DNA of 64,000 nucleotides from a virus, in IMG/VR virus record IMGVR_UViG_3300029267_002727, positions 33,715-97,714 of that record. The stretch is one strand, 5' to 3'. This document shows positions 17,101 through 25,712 of the stretch, piece by piece. The notes below the pieces were generated by a model that saw only the letters and a list, made by a program, of their open reading frames with translations, was not told the DNA's origin and did not search any database. The translations under genes were made by a program, and so were the position numbers. Numbering within the stretch: the stretch's first letter is position 1; each line of letters starts with the position of its first letter.

Positions 17101-17445
17101 ATGACCGACAAATGCTACAACGAAGGCGTATTGGCCCGCAAGCGCAACGAGTCCAGGGATAGTTGCCCCTATTATACGTCCAATCGTGTAGACTGGCTCC
17201 GTGGCTGGGATGACCAGGACTGGCGTATCTCCCGTACTACCCCTATAGGCTACGACGACATCGTGGTACGGATACCTATGTACCCGGAGGACATGGCAGA
17301 CTGGCCGTACGCAGAGATACGGGAAGCCGTGATGGAAGCCCTGATAGAGGGGCTGGAAGATGTCTTCATCGCTACCCCCGCCTGTATGAGCAGGGAAGAC
17401 GCGGAGGAGTGCGTTGCCGAGGCGGTGGGCAGGGTGTGGCAATGA
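17101..17445 (+). CDS. RMF-like protein (closest to canonical RMF) with acidic C-terminal domain
   Basis: YNEGVLARKRNESRDSCPYYTSNRVDWLRGW versus RMF GYQAG..GRSKEMCPY....SQWLGGW. Confidence 0.75.
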   Translation: MTDKCYNEGVLARKRNESRDSCPYYTSNRVDWLRGWDDQDWRISRTTPIGYDDIVVRIPMYPEDMADWPYAEIREAVMEALIEGLEDVFIATPACMSREDAEECVAEAVGRVWQ

Positions 17446-17463
17446 GCGCCGAGACATGGCAAG

Positions 17464-17694
17464 ATGGCACTATATAGTATAGCGGCCCTCGCAATAAGTG
17501 ACACCGGCTCCGAAATATGGGTCGGCAGTGTTCTGGCAGACACTCAGGAGGAGGCCGAGAGGTACGGCCTCGGGGTGGCGCTAGATTGGCTCCCCTGTTC
17601 GTGTGGGTACAGATCCCACAGATGCTGGGCAACACAGGTTCCTGACGGGTATGTACACAAAGCATACCACGAGATTCACGCTCTAGGGAGGTGA
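17464..17694 (+). CDS. Hypothetical protein, paralog of 18283-18567
   Basis: MALYSIAA..GSVLADTQEEA..G..P..GY pattern shared. Confidence 0.55.
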   Translation: MALYSIAALAISDTGSEIWVGSVLADTQEEAERYGLGVALDWLPCSCGYRSHRCWATQVPDGYVHKAYHEIHALGR

Positions 17695-17698
17695 ATGT

Positions 17699-17857
17699 AT
17701 GTCTCGAACTTGTATGAGCAACGCCTGGAAAGAAGGGTTTAAGGCATACCAGTGCGGTGTTCCGTTCGGCGCTAACCCCTATCCCATTTGCTACGATGAT
17801 GACAGGTGGATAGAATGGGAAAATGGCTGGGTCCAAGCGTGTAAATGGTCGCAGTAA
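17699..17857 (+). CDS. RMF-like protein, 52 aa (below the ORF-track cutoff)
   Basis: Read by hand: MSRTCMSNAWKEGFKAYQCGVPFGANPYPICYDDDRWIEWENGWVQACKWSQ after GGAGG. Confidence 0.72.
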   Translation: MSRTCMSNAWKEGFKAYQCGVPFGANPYPICYDDDRWIEWENGWVQACKWSQ

Positions 17858-17877
17858 TGAGTGAGTAAGGAGGTAAC

Positions 17878-18279
17878 ATGAAAGACAATACAGTCAGTAA
17901 CCTGGCCCTCTGGCTGGGCGATGTTCTGGCCGAACGCGCTGACGAAGTGAGTGCCCCTGAGTGCCGCGCTGCCCTGGAGCAGGCAATGGAGAGCGTCGGG
18001 ATCCCAGACCACATGGAGGGATACGACGAGATCGTCGGTTTCGACGAGAAGAGCGACACCGAGCAGTGGCTGATCTGCTGGATCGGCACGCTTACCCCGG
18101 ACAAGCAGTTCGGGGACAGCCCCAGTCAGGGGTGGTCGCTCGTCGCCAACTTCTGGAGCGTGGAGTTCAACCTGTTCATCCGTGAGTTGGCCCAGAAGAT
18201 GGAAGAGCACGTTGACTACTGCGTAGACGAGAAGCTGAAAGAGATCCGCGACTACTATGAGTGCGGGGATGGGTGGTAA
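17878..18279 (+). CDS. Hypothetical acidic protein
   Basis: AAGGAGG RBS. Confidence 0.65.
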   Translation: MKDNTVSNLALWLGDVLAERADEVSAPECRAALEQAMESVGIPDHMEGYDEIVGFDEKSDTEQWLICWIGTLTPDKQFGDSPSQGWSLVANFWSVEFNLFIRELAQKMEEHVDYCVDEKLKEIRDYYECGDGW

Positions 18280-18282
18280 GCC

Positions 18283-18567
18283 ATGAGACTGTACGCAGTG
18301 GCAATGAGCGCCAGCTACGTAGAGGGCAATGAGGTGTATATCGAGACCCTAGCAGGTTCGGTGTGGGCCCGCTCTCAAGATGAAGCCGTAGGAGCAGGGT
18401 ATCGCCGCGTTGCACAAGACTACCCCCTCAGCGACGGATGGGAAAACTACTCTGTCGCGGCCTCTGAGATCCCAGAAGAGGCGCGATTGATGCCCGAAAT
18501 CAAGCTGGAAGAAGACTACGAAGACTACGCACAAGGGTACGCCATGGGTTTGGGATACGACCCATAA
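18283..18567 (+). CDS. Hypothetical protein, paralog of 17464-17694
   Basis: MRLYAVAM..GSVWARSQDEAVGAG..YP..GW. Confidence 0.6.
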   Translation: MRLYAVAMSASYVEGNEVYIETLAGSVWARSQDEAVGAGYRRVAQDYPLSDGWENYSVAASEIPEEARLMPEIKLEEDYEDYAQGYAMGLGYDP

Positions 18568-18587
18568 GACATGGTAAAGGAGCTAAC

Positions 18588-18950
18588 ATGAGCGCAACAG
18601 GCCCCGACCAAACTTGGGAAGAAGGATACAACGCCGGGTTCTACGAGGGGAAACACGCCGACAACCCATACAGTGGGCACGACGAGAGGTTTCACCCGTG
18701 GAACCAGGGCGTACAGGCAGGGTACGATGACGGCTTCTGGCCATTCTATGACGAGGGTATCGAAGCGCGCAGTGATCGCGAGCGCCTCGAAGATAACCCA
18801 TACGAGCCTCGCACTCTCGAGTCAGAGATGTGGAAACGCGGCTGGATAGCCGAGTTTGAGAGAGTGCACGAAGACCGTGGGTGGCACTGGCTGTTCAAAG
18901 CGTCTGATCGCATTGTCTTTCAGCCGGAGGGGGAGATATGCTCTACCTAG
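18588..18950 (+). CDS. RMF-like protein, two motifs
   Basis: WEEGYNAGFYEG..NPY..WNQGV and YDEGIEA..NPY..WKRGW. Confidence 0.72.
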   Translation: MSATGPDQTWEEGYNAGFYEGKHADNPYSGHDERFHPWNQGVQAGYDDGFWPFYDEGIEARSDRERLEDNPYEPRTLESEMWKRGWIAEFERVHEDRGWHWLFKASDRIVFQPEGEICST

Positions 18951-21501
18951 AGATGACCGACGAACAAGAGGCCCGCTATGATGAGCTCTGCGCACGCGAA
19001 GCGGTGCTCCAGGATGAGGTGAGTCATCTCCCCGTCCTTGGCGCAGTCTACCGCCTTGCCAAGATCGACGAGGAGCTCACAGACATTCACTATGAAGTGG
19101 CCGAGATGCTCGATGCCATGATCGCGGAGGCAAGACGATGAGGGAAAGATACGGTATCTGGAGTGAAGACCTGGGATGGTACGTTGGCACGTTCCTGGGA
19201 CTGGGGTTCTTCGAGCAGCACGTCAAGGATGATGACTGCTCCATTGCGGAGCGCCCAGTCGAGTTCGAGTCGTTCACGGAAGCGGACGAGTTCTTGGAGT
19301 CTTGGTGTGGCGGCCGCGCAGGTTGCCAGGTGAGATCCTATACACGCAGTAGTTGCAATGCGTTCCTTGAACGCATCGGCTACTGGGAGTATCTGCAACA
19401 GGCCACCGATCACGAACTCGAAGAGACTGTGGATACTTGGAAACGCAGAGAGGCAACCCACATCATCGAGGGTGGCCGCGCGGAGATGATAGCCTATATT
19501 GCCAGAAAGGAACTGGAATGAACGACTATGATCTCGCCCTTGAGGCAGTGGCCGAGGGATGGGCCATACTGCAAATGCTGGCCGAAACCGACAATGACGA
19601 ACGGTGGTTTGCCAGCACGTTTGCCAGTAACCTGGACGGTATCGCAGCGAAACTGGGCTGGCCCAACGCGCTGGCTATCTGCCGTTACCAGGCAGAAGAA
19701 GAAAACAAGTACCGGGATAGGTACTACTATATGTACTACTAGGAGGCAGTCATGGATCTGGTTTTAGTCAAAACTGTGAGGATAATCGACGGCCAGCAGG
19801 TGATGGACTGGGTACAGGCCGAGTTCGGCCGCTTTGTTGGTATGGCCTGCGAGGGGGCCGTCGATATGCAGGGCGAGTCCTGCTGGTGCGTGTGGAGTGT
19901 CCAGCTTGACCAGTACACGTGTACCCACGACGTCGCCGATGTGCTCGACACGCTACAATTCCAGGTAAGCCGCCATGGAGAAGTGGAGCTCATGGATGTC
20001 CTGGAGTACCTGTACCATATTGGGGAAATAGACCCCGGAATGTACACGTTCTACGCTGAGTGGTAAGGAGGCCAGTATGAACATTGTCTGTGCAAACTGC
20101 GGAAAGTGGCGCAAACACTACGCCAAAGGGCTATGCTTGCGCTGTTATCAGAGCAAGTGGGAGCGCGAGCACGGCCACTCCCGTTCTGTGGGATTCTGTA
20201 CAGAATGCAACAAGATGAGGCAATTGGTGGCCCGTGGTATGTGTTCCGCTTGCTACCAGCGCGACAGGCGCAAGAGACAGAAGGAGGCCGGGGATGCATG
20301 CACTTAAGAAACACGACGATTCCGCCAATGACTATGACCTGAACGAGATGCACACGTGCGTCTGGATCCACATCGGAAACCTGTCCGTTTGCATCCATGA
20401 AACAGACGAGGGCGTGGCAGCTAATATCTGGCCACGCCCCGCCGCTGACGCGCAGGGGCCCCTCACCAGTACGTACGCGTTCTTTACGGAGGCCGAAGAT
20501 GGCGAAAGTTAGATATAAACGCACGGTCACGATCACGATCCAGTTCGGCGAGAAAGACGATCTCGAGACGCTGTGCAGTATATTCGAGGAAGTGATCGGA
20601 TGCGTCCCCGCAGACATCACCCTGGATGAGATCGAGGACGCATTCATGAACGTGCTCGCGGCAGAGCGGGAGTGGGAACTGGGAGGAGACGAAGATGCAA
20701 ACAGTGAATGAAGTCAGGCTCGCCATCCTCGAGAACTTTATGAAGGATGTGTCTATCGCCCTTCAGGACGAGAGTGACCCAGAAAACTTGCGGTGGCGAC
20801 TGTCCGAGATCGAGGCGACATACGTCTCCGCGCTGGAGGTTGCCACGCCCAAGGTTGGTGACAAGGTGAAGATCGTCCGTGCGTGCATCGACGCCGACAT
20901 GCTGAACATTGCAGATGCTATGATCGAGAAGCTGCACGAGCGCGGCACAGTAAACGCGGTCTACCCAAGGACGCAGGCAGTCGAACTCGACTCTACCGTG
21001 TTCGCGTTCACGTTCGACGAGGTGGCCCTGTGCAGGTAGGCGACCGCGCCGTAGTCCGCGCCAACCCCCGCTCCAAGACAGTCAAGGGCGGGGAAGAGAT
21101 AACCATCCTTGAAATCAGGTATACCGAGGTCACGGCGCAGGTACACAACCTGCCCGCGGGCAAAATAGGACAACGTCGTATCCTCCGGGAGGATGTTGTC
21201 ATACCCGAGCAGCTTCAACTGCTCTAAGGAGGTCATCATGGCCAGGCGCAAACAGTGCCCGCGTTGCGGGAAGAGACCGCGCCTGTATGGCGATGGCCAC
21301 TGGTGCCGTAAGTGTACCTCAGACCACAGTGCGTTGATCGCCGAGCTCGTGGGTTACGTAGTGATGGGGCGAGCCGTGGGTCATCGTGGCACCGCGCAAT
21401 GGGAACAAGAACTGCTTCAAGAATTGGCTATTGCACCAAGCGACATGTGGAGTATCGTATCCGCGGCCCAAGAAGCAACGGGCCTATACCCTACCTATTA
21501 A
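18938..21501 (+). other. Run of about 10 small coupled hypothetical genes
   Basis: Contiguous ORFs with GGAGG RBS at 18938, 19138, 19518, 19752, 20077, 20294, 20499, 20695, about 21030 and 21238. Confidence 0.6.
20077..20307 (+). CDS. Tandem C4 zinc-finger protein
   Basis: CANC..AKGLCLRCY and CTEC..ARGMCSACY. Confidence 0.7.
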   Translation: MNIVCANCGKWRKHYAKGLCLRCYQSKWEREHGHSRSVGFCTECNKMRQLVARGMCSACYQRDRRKRQKEAGDACT

Positions 21502-21511
21502 GGAGAAACAA

Positions 21512-22126
21512 ATGTCTTACCAGAATCTCACGGCCAGTGTCCAGATGTTGAGTGTGACGCAAGGATTCGCAGCTTTCTCGCAGAGCGGAGACAAGCAGAT
21601 CCCCATGATGTTGCAGGCCGGCACCGACAAGATGGCGTCGTTCTTCAAGAGCCTGGAGAAGGGCGACGTGGTCCTGATCTCCGGCAGCCGCATCGAAGGC
21701 GTGAGCCAGGGGACGTCCACAGAGTTTTATAAGGTCACGGTCTTTCAGGCCGTGAAGATGGGACGAAATAGCGACGTCAGTGTCGCGCAGGTTGTGCTGG
21801 AAGGCAACCTGGGATCCGATCCCCGGCTGAACACGACGGGCAAAGGAACGCCCGTCTGCAATTTCAGCATGAACGCCGACGATGCGTGGTTCTCAGTCAC
21901 GGCGTGGGGGAACACCGCCAACGCTGCGGGCAAGTTCCTGAGCAAGGGCTCCCGTGTGCTCGTTGCGGGGCCACTTCAGCCCGTTGAGAAATACAAGTCA
22001 AACGGCGAGACCCGCATCAACGCCAAGGTTACCGGGTTCCGCGTGATCTTCCTGGATCCTCGCAAGAGCAGTCCGCAGACCGCGCCGCAGGCCCCGCAGG
22101 ATGACGGTGAGGAGATCCCCTTCTAA
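21512..22126 (+). CDS. ssb: Single-stranded DNA-binding protein, probably with two OB folds
   Basis: LEGNLGSDP..VCNFS..WFSVTAWG..LSKGSRVLVAG; acidic EEIPF tail; N-terminal half has LEKGDVVLISG. Confidence 0.9.
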   Translation: MSYQNLTASVQMLSVTQGFAAFSQSGDKQIPMMLQAGTDKMASFFKSLEKGDVVLISGSRIEGVSQGTSTEFYKVTVFQAVKMGRNSDVSVAQVVLEGNLGSDPRLNTTGKGTPVCNFSMNADDAWFSVTAWGNTANAAGKFLSKGSRVLVAGPLQPVEKYKSNGETRINAKVTGFRVIFLDPRKSSPQTAPQAPQDDGEEIPF

Positions 22127-23120
22127 TGGCTATCGGAGACATAGGCTATTACCTGCACATTGGGGACTTCATAGAGTCGTCCAAGTACGTTTTCCTGGGC
22201 GAGGTAGTCGAGGAAGGGCTCGTCGTGGATCTAGGACACATTGACACCGGCGAACAGTGCGAACTCGGACATGATGAATATGTCGTTGAAACCGAGGATC
22301 ACGAATTGTGGTATCACCGCCCGCACGTTCTTGGCCCCTACACGGTTGAACAAGCGCGTAACCTACAGGATATCGCCGACAAGATAAACGGCCTGGTGGC
22401 CCACATCGAGGCCGCAAACATGGACTTGAAGCACTTCGGTGAGCAGCTTGACTCGAAAGCTGAGGAGTGGCTATAATGCGTGTCAGCGACAGCAGGATCC
22501 ACGTAGCAGTCGGCGACCTGATGCTGCGCCCGGACGGATGGTGGCGCGTGACGGCGCTGATCCCCACGTACGCCCTGGAGATCGGCGGTGACGACTTTGA
22601 CGGCGGAGTAGCGTGCGAACGCGAGTTCCGGCCGCCGCCCGTCGGCACCAAGTACATCGAGCGCCTCGGCGAGACGCAAGTCAAGACCTGGAGGTAGTGA
22701 TGAAACACCTGCTGTATCAAGAGGAATATCCAACTGGCAAGGCATGCGAGTACTGCGCAGCCGGCGAGATCGGCGAGGATGGCTTCTGCGATCGCTGCGG
22801 GCGATATGTATCGCCAGGGGTAATCCATCTCTGCCCAATTTGTGGCCATGACATCGACACATATCACTGCTGCTACATGGATTGTGGCGAGGAACAGATC
22901 GTCTACCTGGGCCTTGACTCGAACTCGTCCAGGAACTACATCGCGTGGGACCAGGATGGGGACCTGTGGTACTTTGCGTACCGCGCCGACTATGACGTAG
23001 ACAAATTGCTCAGATCATGCCCGCGCCCGATCAGCAGGAGCGAGGCGCAGGAGATTGTCGATGAGTACGAGCAGGAATGCCACCGCGAGATCGCTGCCCT
23101 CGAGGCCGAGATCGAGCGCC

Positions 23121-23723
23121 TCAATCGGGAGACGGCTCGTCTATAATCTCCCCATCGAAAGTGTCGCCCTTCTTGAAGGTGACGGTGTCCCCGGACGGAG
23201 TGGTTGCCGTCACCTTCGAGAAGGCGAGTCCGGGGAATTGGGGAGGCGGCTTGCTTGCCTCCTCTTCCTGTAACAGAATTGCGCTCTCCTCCGGAAGAAC
23301 GCCGAAGGTGGCAACCTGAAGAAGAAGTTCCATTGCCCTGGCGATATCCCTGGGGTAAGGGATAACGTTCTTGTCGCCAACCTGCCGTACTTCGCCCCGG
23401 GCAATGGCGGCCAGCATGGGCACCCCCTCGAAGACCGCATCGCGAGCCTGGCGCTGAACCTCCACGGACGCGCCGACCTGCGACAGCAGGAACTCGGAAT
23501 GTCTTCGGCGCATGATCGCAGCAGCACGATCCGCTGCGACTCCCTGCACCTCCTCCACTTCGTCCTCGAATGCATCGCGCCATCGGTAATAAGTGGAGGT
23601 GGGGACGCCCGCGTTGGACATCGCCTTGGTAATCGGCGTCTGGTTCAGGTAGTAGTCGATGAACCCGGCCTCGAGACGGTCCCTTTCTTGGGACTCCAAA
23701 CTTTTTTTTGCAGAGATTCCCAC
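23121..23723 (-). CDS. HTH protein, terminase small subunit-like
   Basis: ITKAMSNAGVPTSTYYRWR HTH followed by long helices; GTG start after GGAGG; own promoter. Confidence 0.55.
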   Translation of the reverse strand: MGISAKKSLESQERDRLEAGFIDYYLNQTPITKAMSNAGVPTSTYYRWRDAFEDEVEEVQGVAADRAAAIMRRRHSEFLLSQVGASVEVQRQARDAVFEGVPMLAAIARGEVRQVGDKNVIPYPRDIARAMELLLQVATFGVLPEESAILLQEEEASKPPPQFPGLAFSKVTATTPSGDTVTFKKGDTFDGEIIDEPSPD

Positions 23724-23742
23724 GTGTACGCCTCCCACGACA

Positions 23743-23771
23743 ATTATAGCGCACTTAACACCGTGCGTCAA
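23743..23771 (-). promoter_or_regulatory. Sigma70 promoter of the TerS-like gene
   Basis: TTGACG-17-TATAAT on the minus strand. Confidence 0.75.
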
Positions 23772-23786
23772 GGTGTGAATTGGGGG

Positions 23787-23816
23787 GTTGACAGGCGTCA
23801 AGCGATATGCTAAAAT
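23787..23816 (+). promoter_or_regulatory. Sigma70 promoter with putative operator (divergent from the previous one)
   Basis: TTGACA-17-TAAAAT with extended -10 TG; GTTGAC-aggc-GTCAAG. Confidence 0.8.
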
Positions 23817-24096
23817 AAGACACAGGAGGACAAAGCATGAAAGTCTACACAGTCATCAAGTCGTGCGCCCACTACGTCGAGCTCGTCCAAGTGTTTAGAG
23901 ACCATGCGGACGCAGCGAACGCCTACCGCCAGCAACAGCGCCTCATCCTCGAAGCCGCCGGGGTTCGCACCATGGGGCAGCTTCGCGAACTGACGGCAGA
24001 TGAGTTAGAAGACTTGATCTGGGAAGAGTACTACGACCTGGACTGGGACGACGGCAGCCCCAGCATCGTCTCCTGGTACACAGCGGAGTTGGAGTG

Positions 24097-24387
24097 ATGG
24101 GCTTTGTCTACCTCCTCCACTTCGATAAGCGCATCGGCGACCTCAACAACCCACGGGGACAAGCGCAGCATTACATCGGGTACGCCGAGAATGTCCCCGC
24201 ACGAATGAAACGACATAGGGAAGGTAACGGGGCCAAGATTATGGCCTTCTTAGCCCGAGAGGGCATCGGGTTTACCCTGGTGAGGGTGTGGATCGGAGAC
24301 AAGGATCTCGAGAAGAGGCTAAAGCGCCAGCACAACGCAAGGCGCTTTTGCCCTATCTGTAGGAGGGAACATGGCACGCAGGCTTAG
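24097..24387 (+). CDS. Stand-alone GIY-YIG nuclease
   Basis: FVYLLHF..HYIGYA..RMKRH..EKRLK..CPIC. Confidence 0.8.
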   Translation: MGFVYLLHFDKRIGDLNNPRGQAQHYIGYAENVPARMKRHREGNGAKIMAFLAREGIGFTLVRVWIGDKDLEKRLKRQHNARRFCPICRREHGTQA

Positions 24388-24824
24388 AGAAGATGGGCTA
24401 GAAGTACTCATCGACACGATCCGTGACCTAGAGCGGTTCATTCCCTACGGCGTAGAGGCCGTTTCCACATTCACGGGCATGGAGCCCATCGTGTGGCTAG
24501 AGAATACCACATTCTGGGAGTTGTTCCCGGACGCCGGGTGGGACTGCTCTGAGAAGCAAGAGGATGGGACTATCGTGTGGAGTTGGGAGTATAGCGGGGT
24601 TACGTTCATGACAATGCTGGGGACAGAACGGGAGCCCGAGTACGAGCCGCATGAAAGTGTGAGGTGGCATTGATGGGTAAACGTAAGAGCAGGCGCAAGA
24701 AAAAGCGACAGAAAGAGCGCGCCAAGAAGAAAGAGCCACTGGGCGTGGCGCTCAAGAGGCGCAAGAGAGAGTTAGCCGAAAGAGACCCGGTCTCTCATAG
24801 CACTACGGTGTATCGGAGGGCCTA

Positions 24825-25082
24825 ATGAAGAGCAAAATGGGAAAGTTTGAGCCGGTCGAGCTCCTGGTGGATGGGCAAACGTACCTGCGGCTCGGAAATG
24901 AGCCGGACCACGTGTACATTGGCCCATTTGATGAAGGGGATGTGCACATTCGCCATGGGATACTGTACATGGGGCCCCAACAGGTCGGGTGGATCGACTA
25001 TGATGAGCCATACATGGTGTTCCGGGTGAGCGGCGAAAGGTTCTATGCCGATACCCTGGACGTCGTTACGGCCCATTTCTAG
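24825..25082 (+). CDS. Hypothetical protein, paralog 1 of a tandem triplet
   Basis: KFEPVELL..G.TYLRL..IGPFD. Confidence 0.65.
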   Translation: MKSKMGKFEPVELLVDGQTYLRLGNEPDHVYIGPFDEGDVHIRHGILYMGPQQVGWIDYDEPYMVFRVSGERFYADTLDVVTAHF

Positions 25083-25091
25083 GAGGAGAGC

Positions 25092-25364
25092 ATGAACAAG
25101 TTCGAGTCGGTCGAGTTCTTGGAGCCTGGGCACACATACCTGCGGCTGGTGCGCCGGACGTGGCGCGCAGATGATACAGAAGAATTTATCGGCCCATTCG
25201 ATCCACGCCTCACTCTCAATGGGTCCTTGCTGTATATGGGCGATGTATATGTGGGGGGAATGCGTGAGGACGCAGGGGGCTGGATGATCGAAGTAGGCGG
25301 GAAGCTCTGGGAATACGATATTGTAGAGGTCGTCACCATTCCGCATGGCGGCTGGGATGACTAG
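25092..25364 (+). CDS. Hypothetical protein, paralog 2 of the triplet
   Basis: KFESVEFLEPGHTYLRL..IGPFD. Confidence 0.65.
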   Translation: MNKFESVEFLEPGHTYLRLVRRTWRADDTEEFIGPFDPRLTLNGSLLYMGDVYVGGMREDAGGWMIEVGGKLWEYDIVEVVTIPHGGWDD

Positions 25365-25373
25365 GAGGAGGAC

Positions 25374-25712
25374 ATGAGAGAGTTTGTGTCAGCCAAGTTC
25401 TTGGAGCCCGGACGCCCGTACATTCGCGCAGAGCGCGCGGGCTTTGTGGGAAGCAGAGAAGACCGCGCTGTCGTCATCGGGCCATTCGATCACTGCATGG
25501 TCACAATCGACCGCGAGCTCCTGCTAGTTGGGTTTGTTGCCGTGGCCCGCATGACCGACGAGCGCACCTGGCTCATCGACGTGGACGGCGAGGTGGACGA
25601 GTTCGATTTCATAGAGACCTTCCTGGCCCCCATCAGCCGGGGCGCTCGTATTGGCGACTGGGAAGGCTATTTGCAATCGTGCGCAGACCACGATCACGCA
25701 CTAGGGAGGTAA
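25374..25712 (+). CDS. Hypothetical protein, paralog 3 of the triplet
   Basis: EFVSAKFLEPGRPYIRA..IGPFD. Confidence 0.65.
   Translation: MREFVSAKFLEPGRPYIRAERAGFVGSREDRAVVIGPFDHCMVTIDRELLLVGFVAVARMTDERTWLIDVDGEVDEFDFIETFLAPISRGARIGDWEGYLQSCADHDHALGR

Noticed and set aside
14941-18950. Diversity-generating retroelement or DNA-level tandem repeat behind the RMF-like array
   Set aside because: Similarity is at protein-motif level only; no reverse transcriptase and no adenine-specific template/variable repeat pair was seen in this window
23702-23709. A8 tract near the start of the TerS-like gene as a frameshift or phase-variation site
   Set aside because: The frame is intact, no stimulatory structure was evident, and A-rich early codons are common
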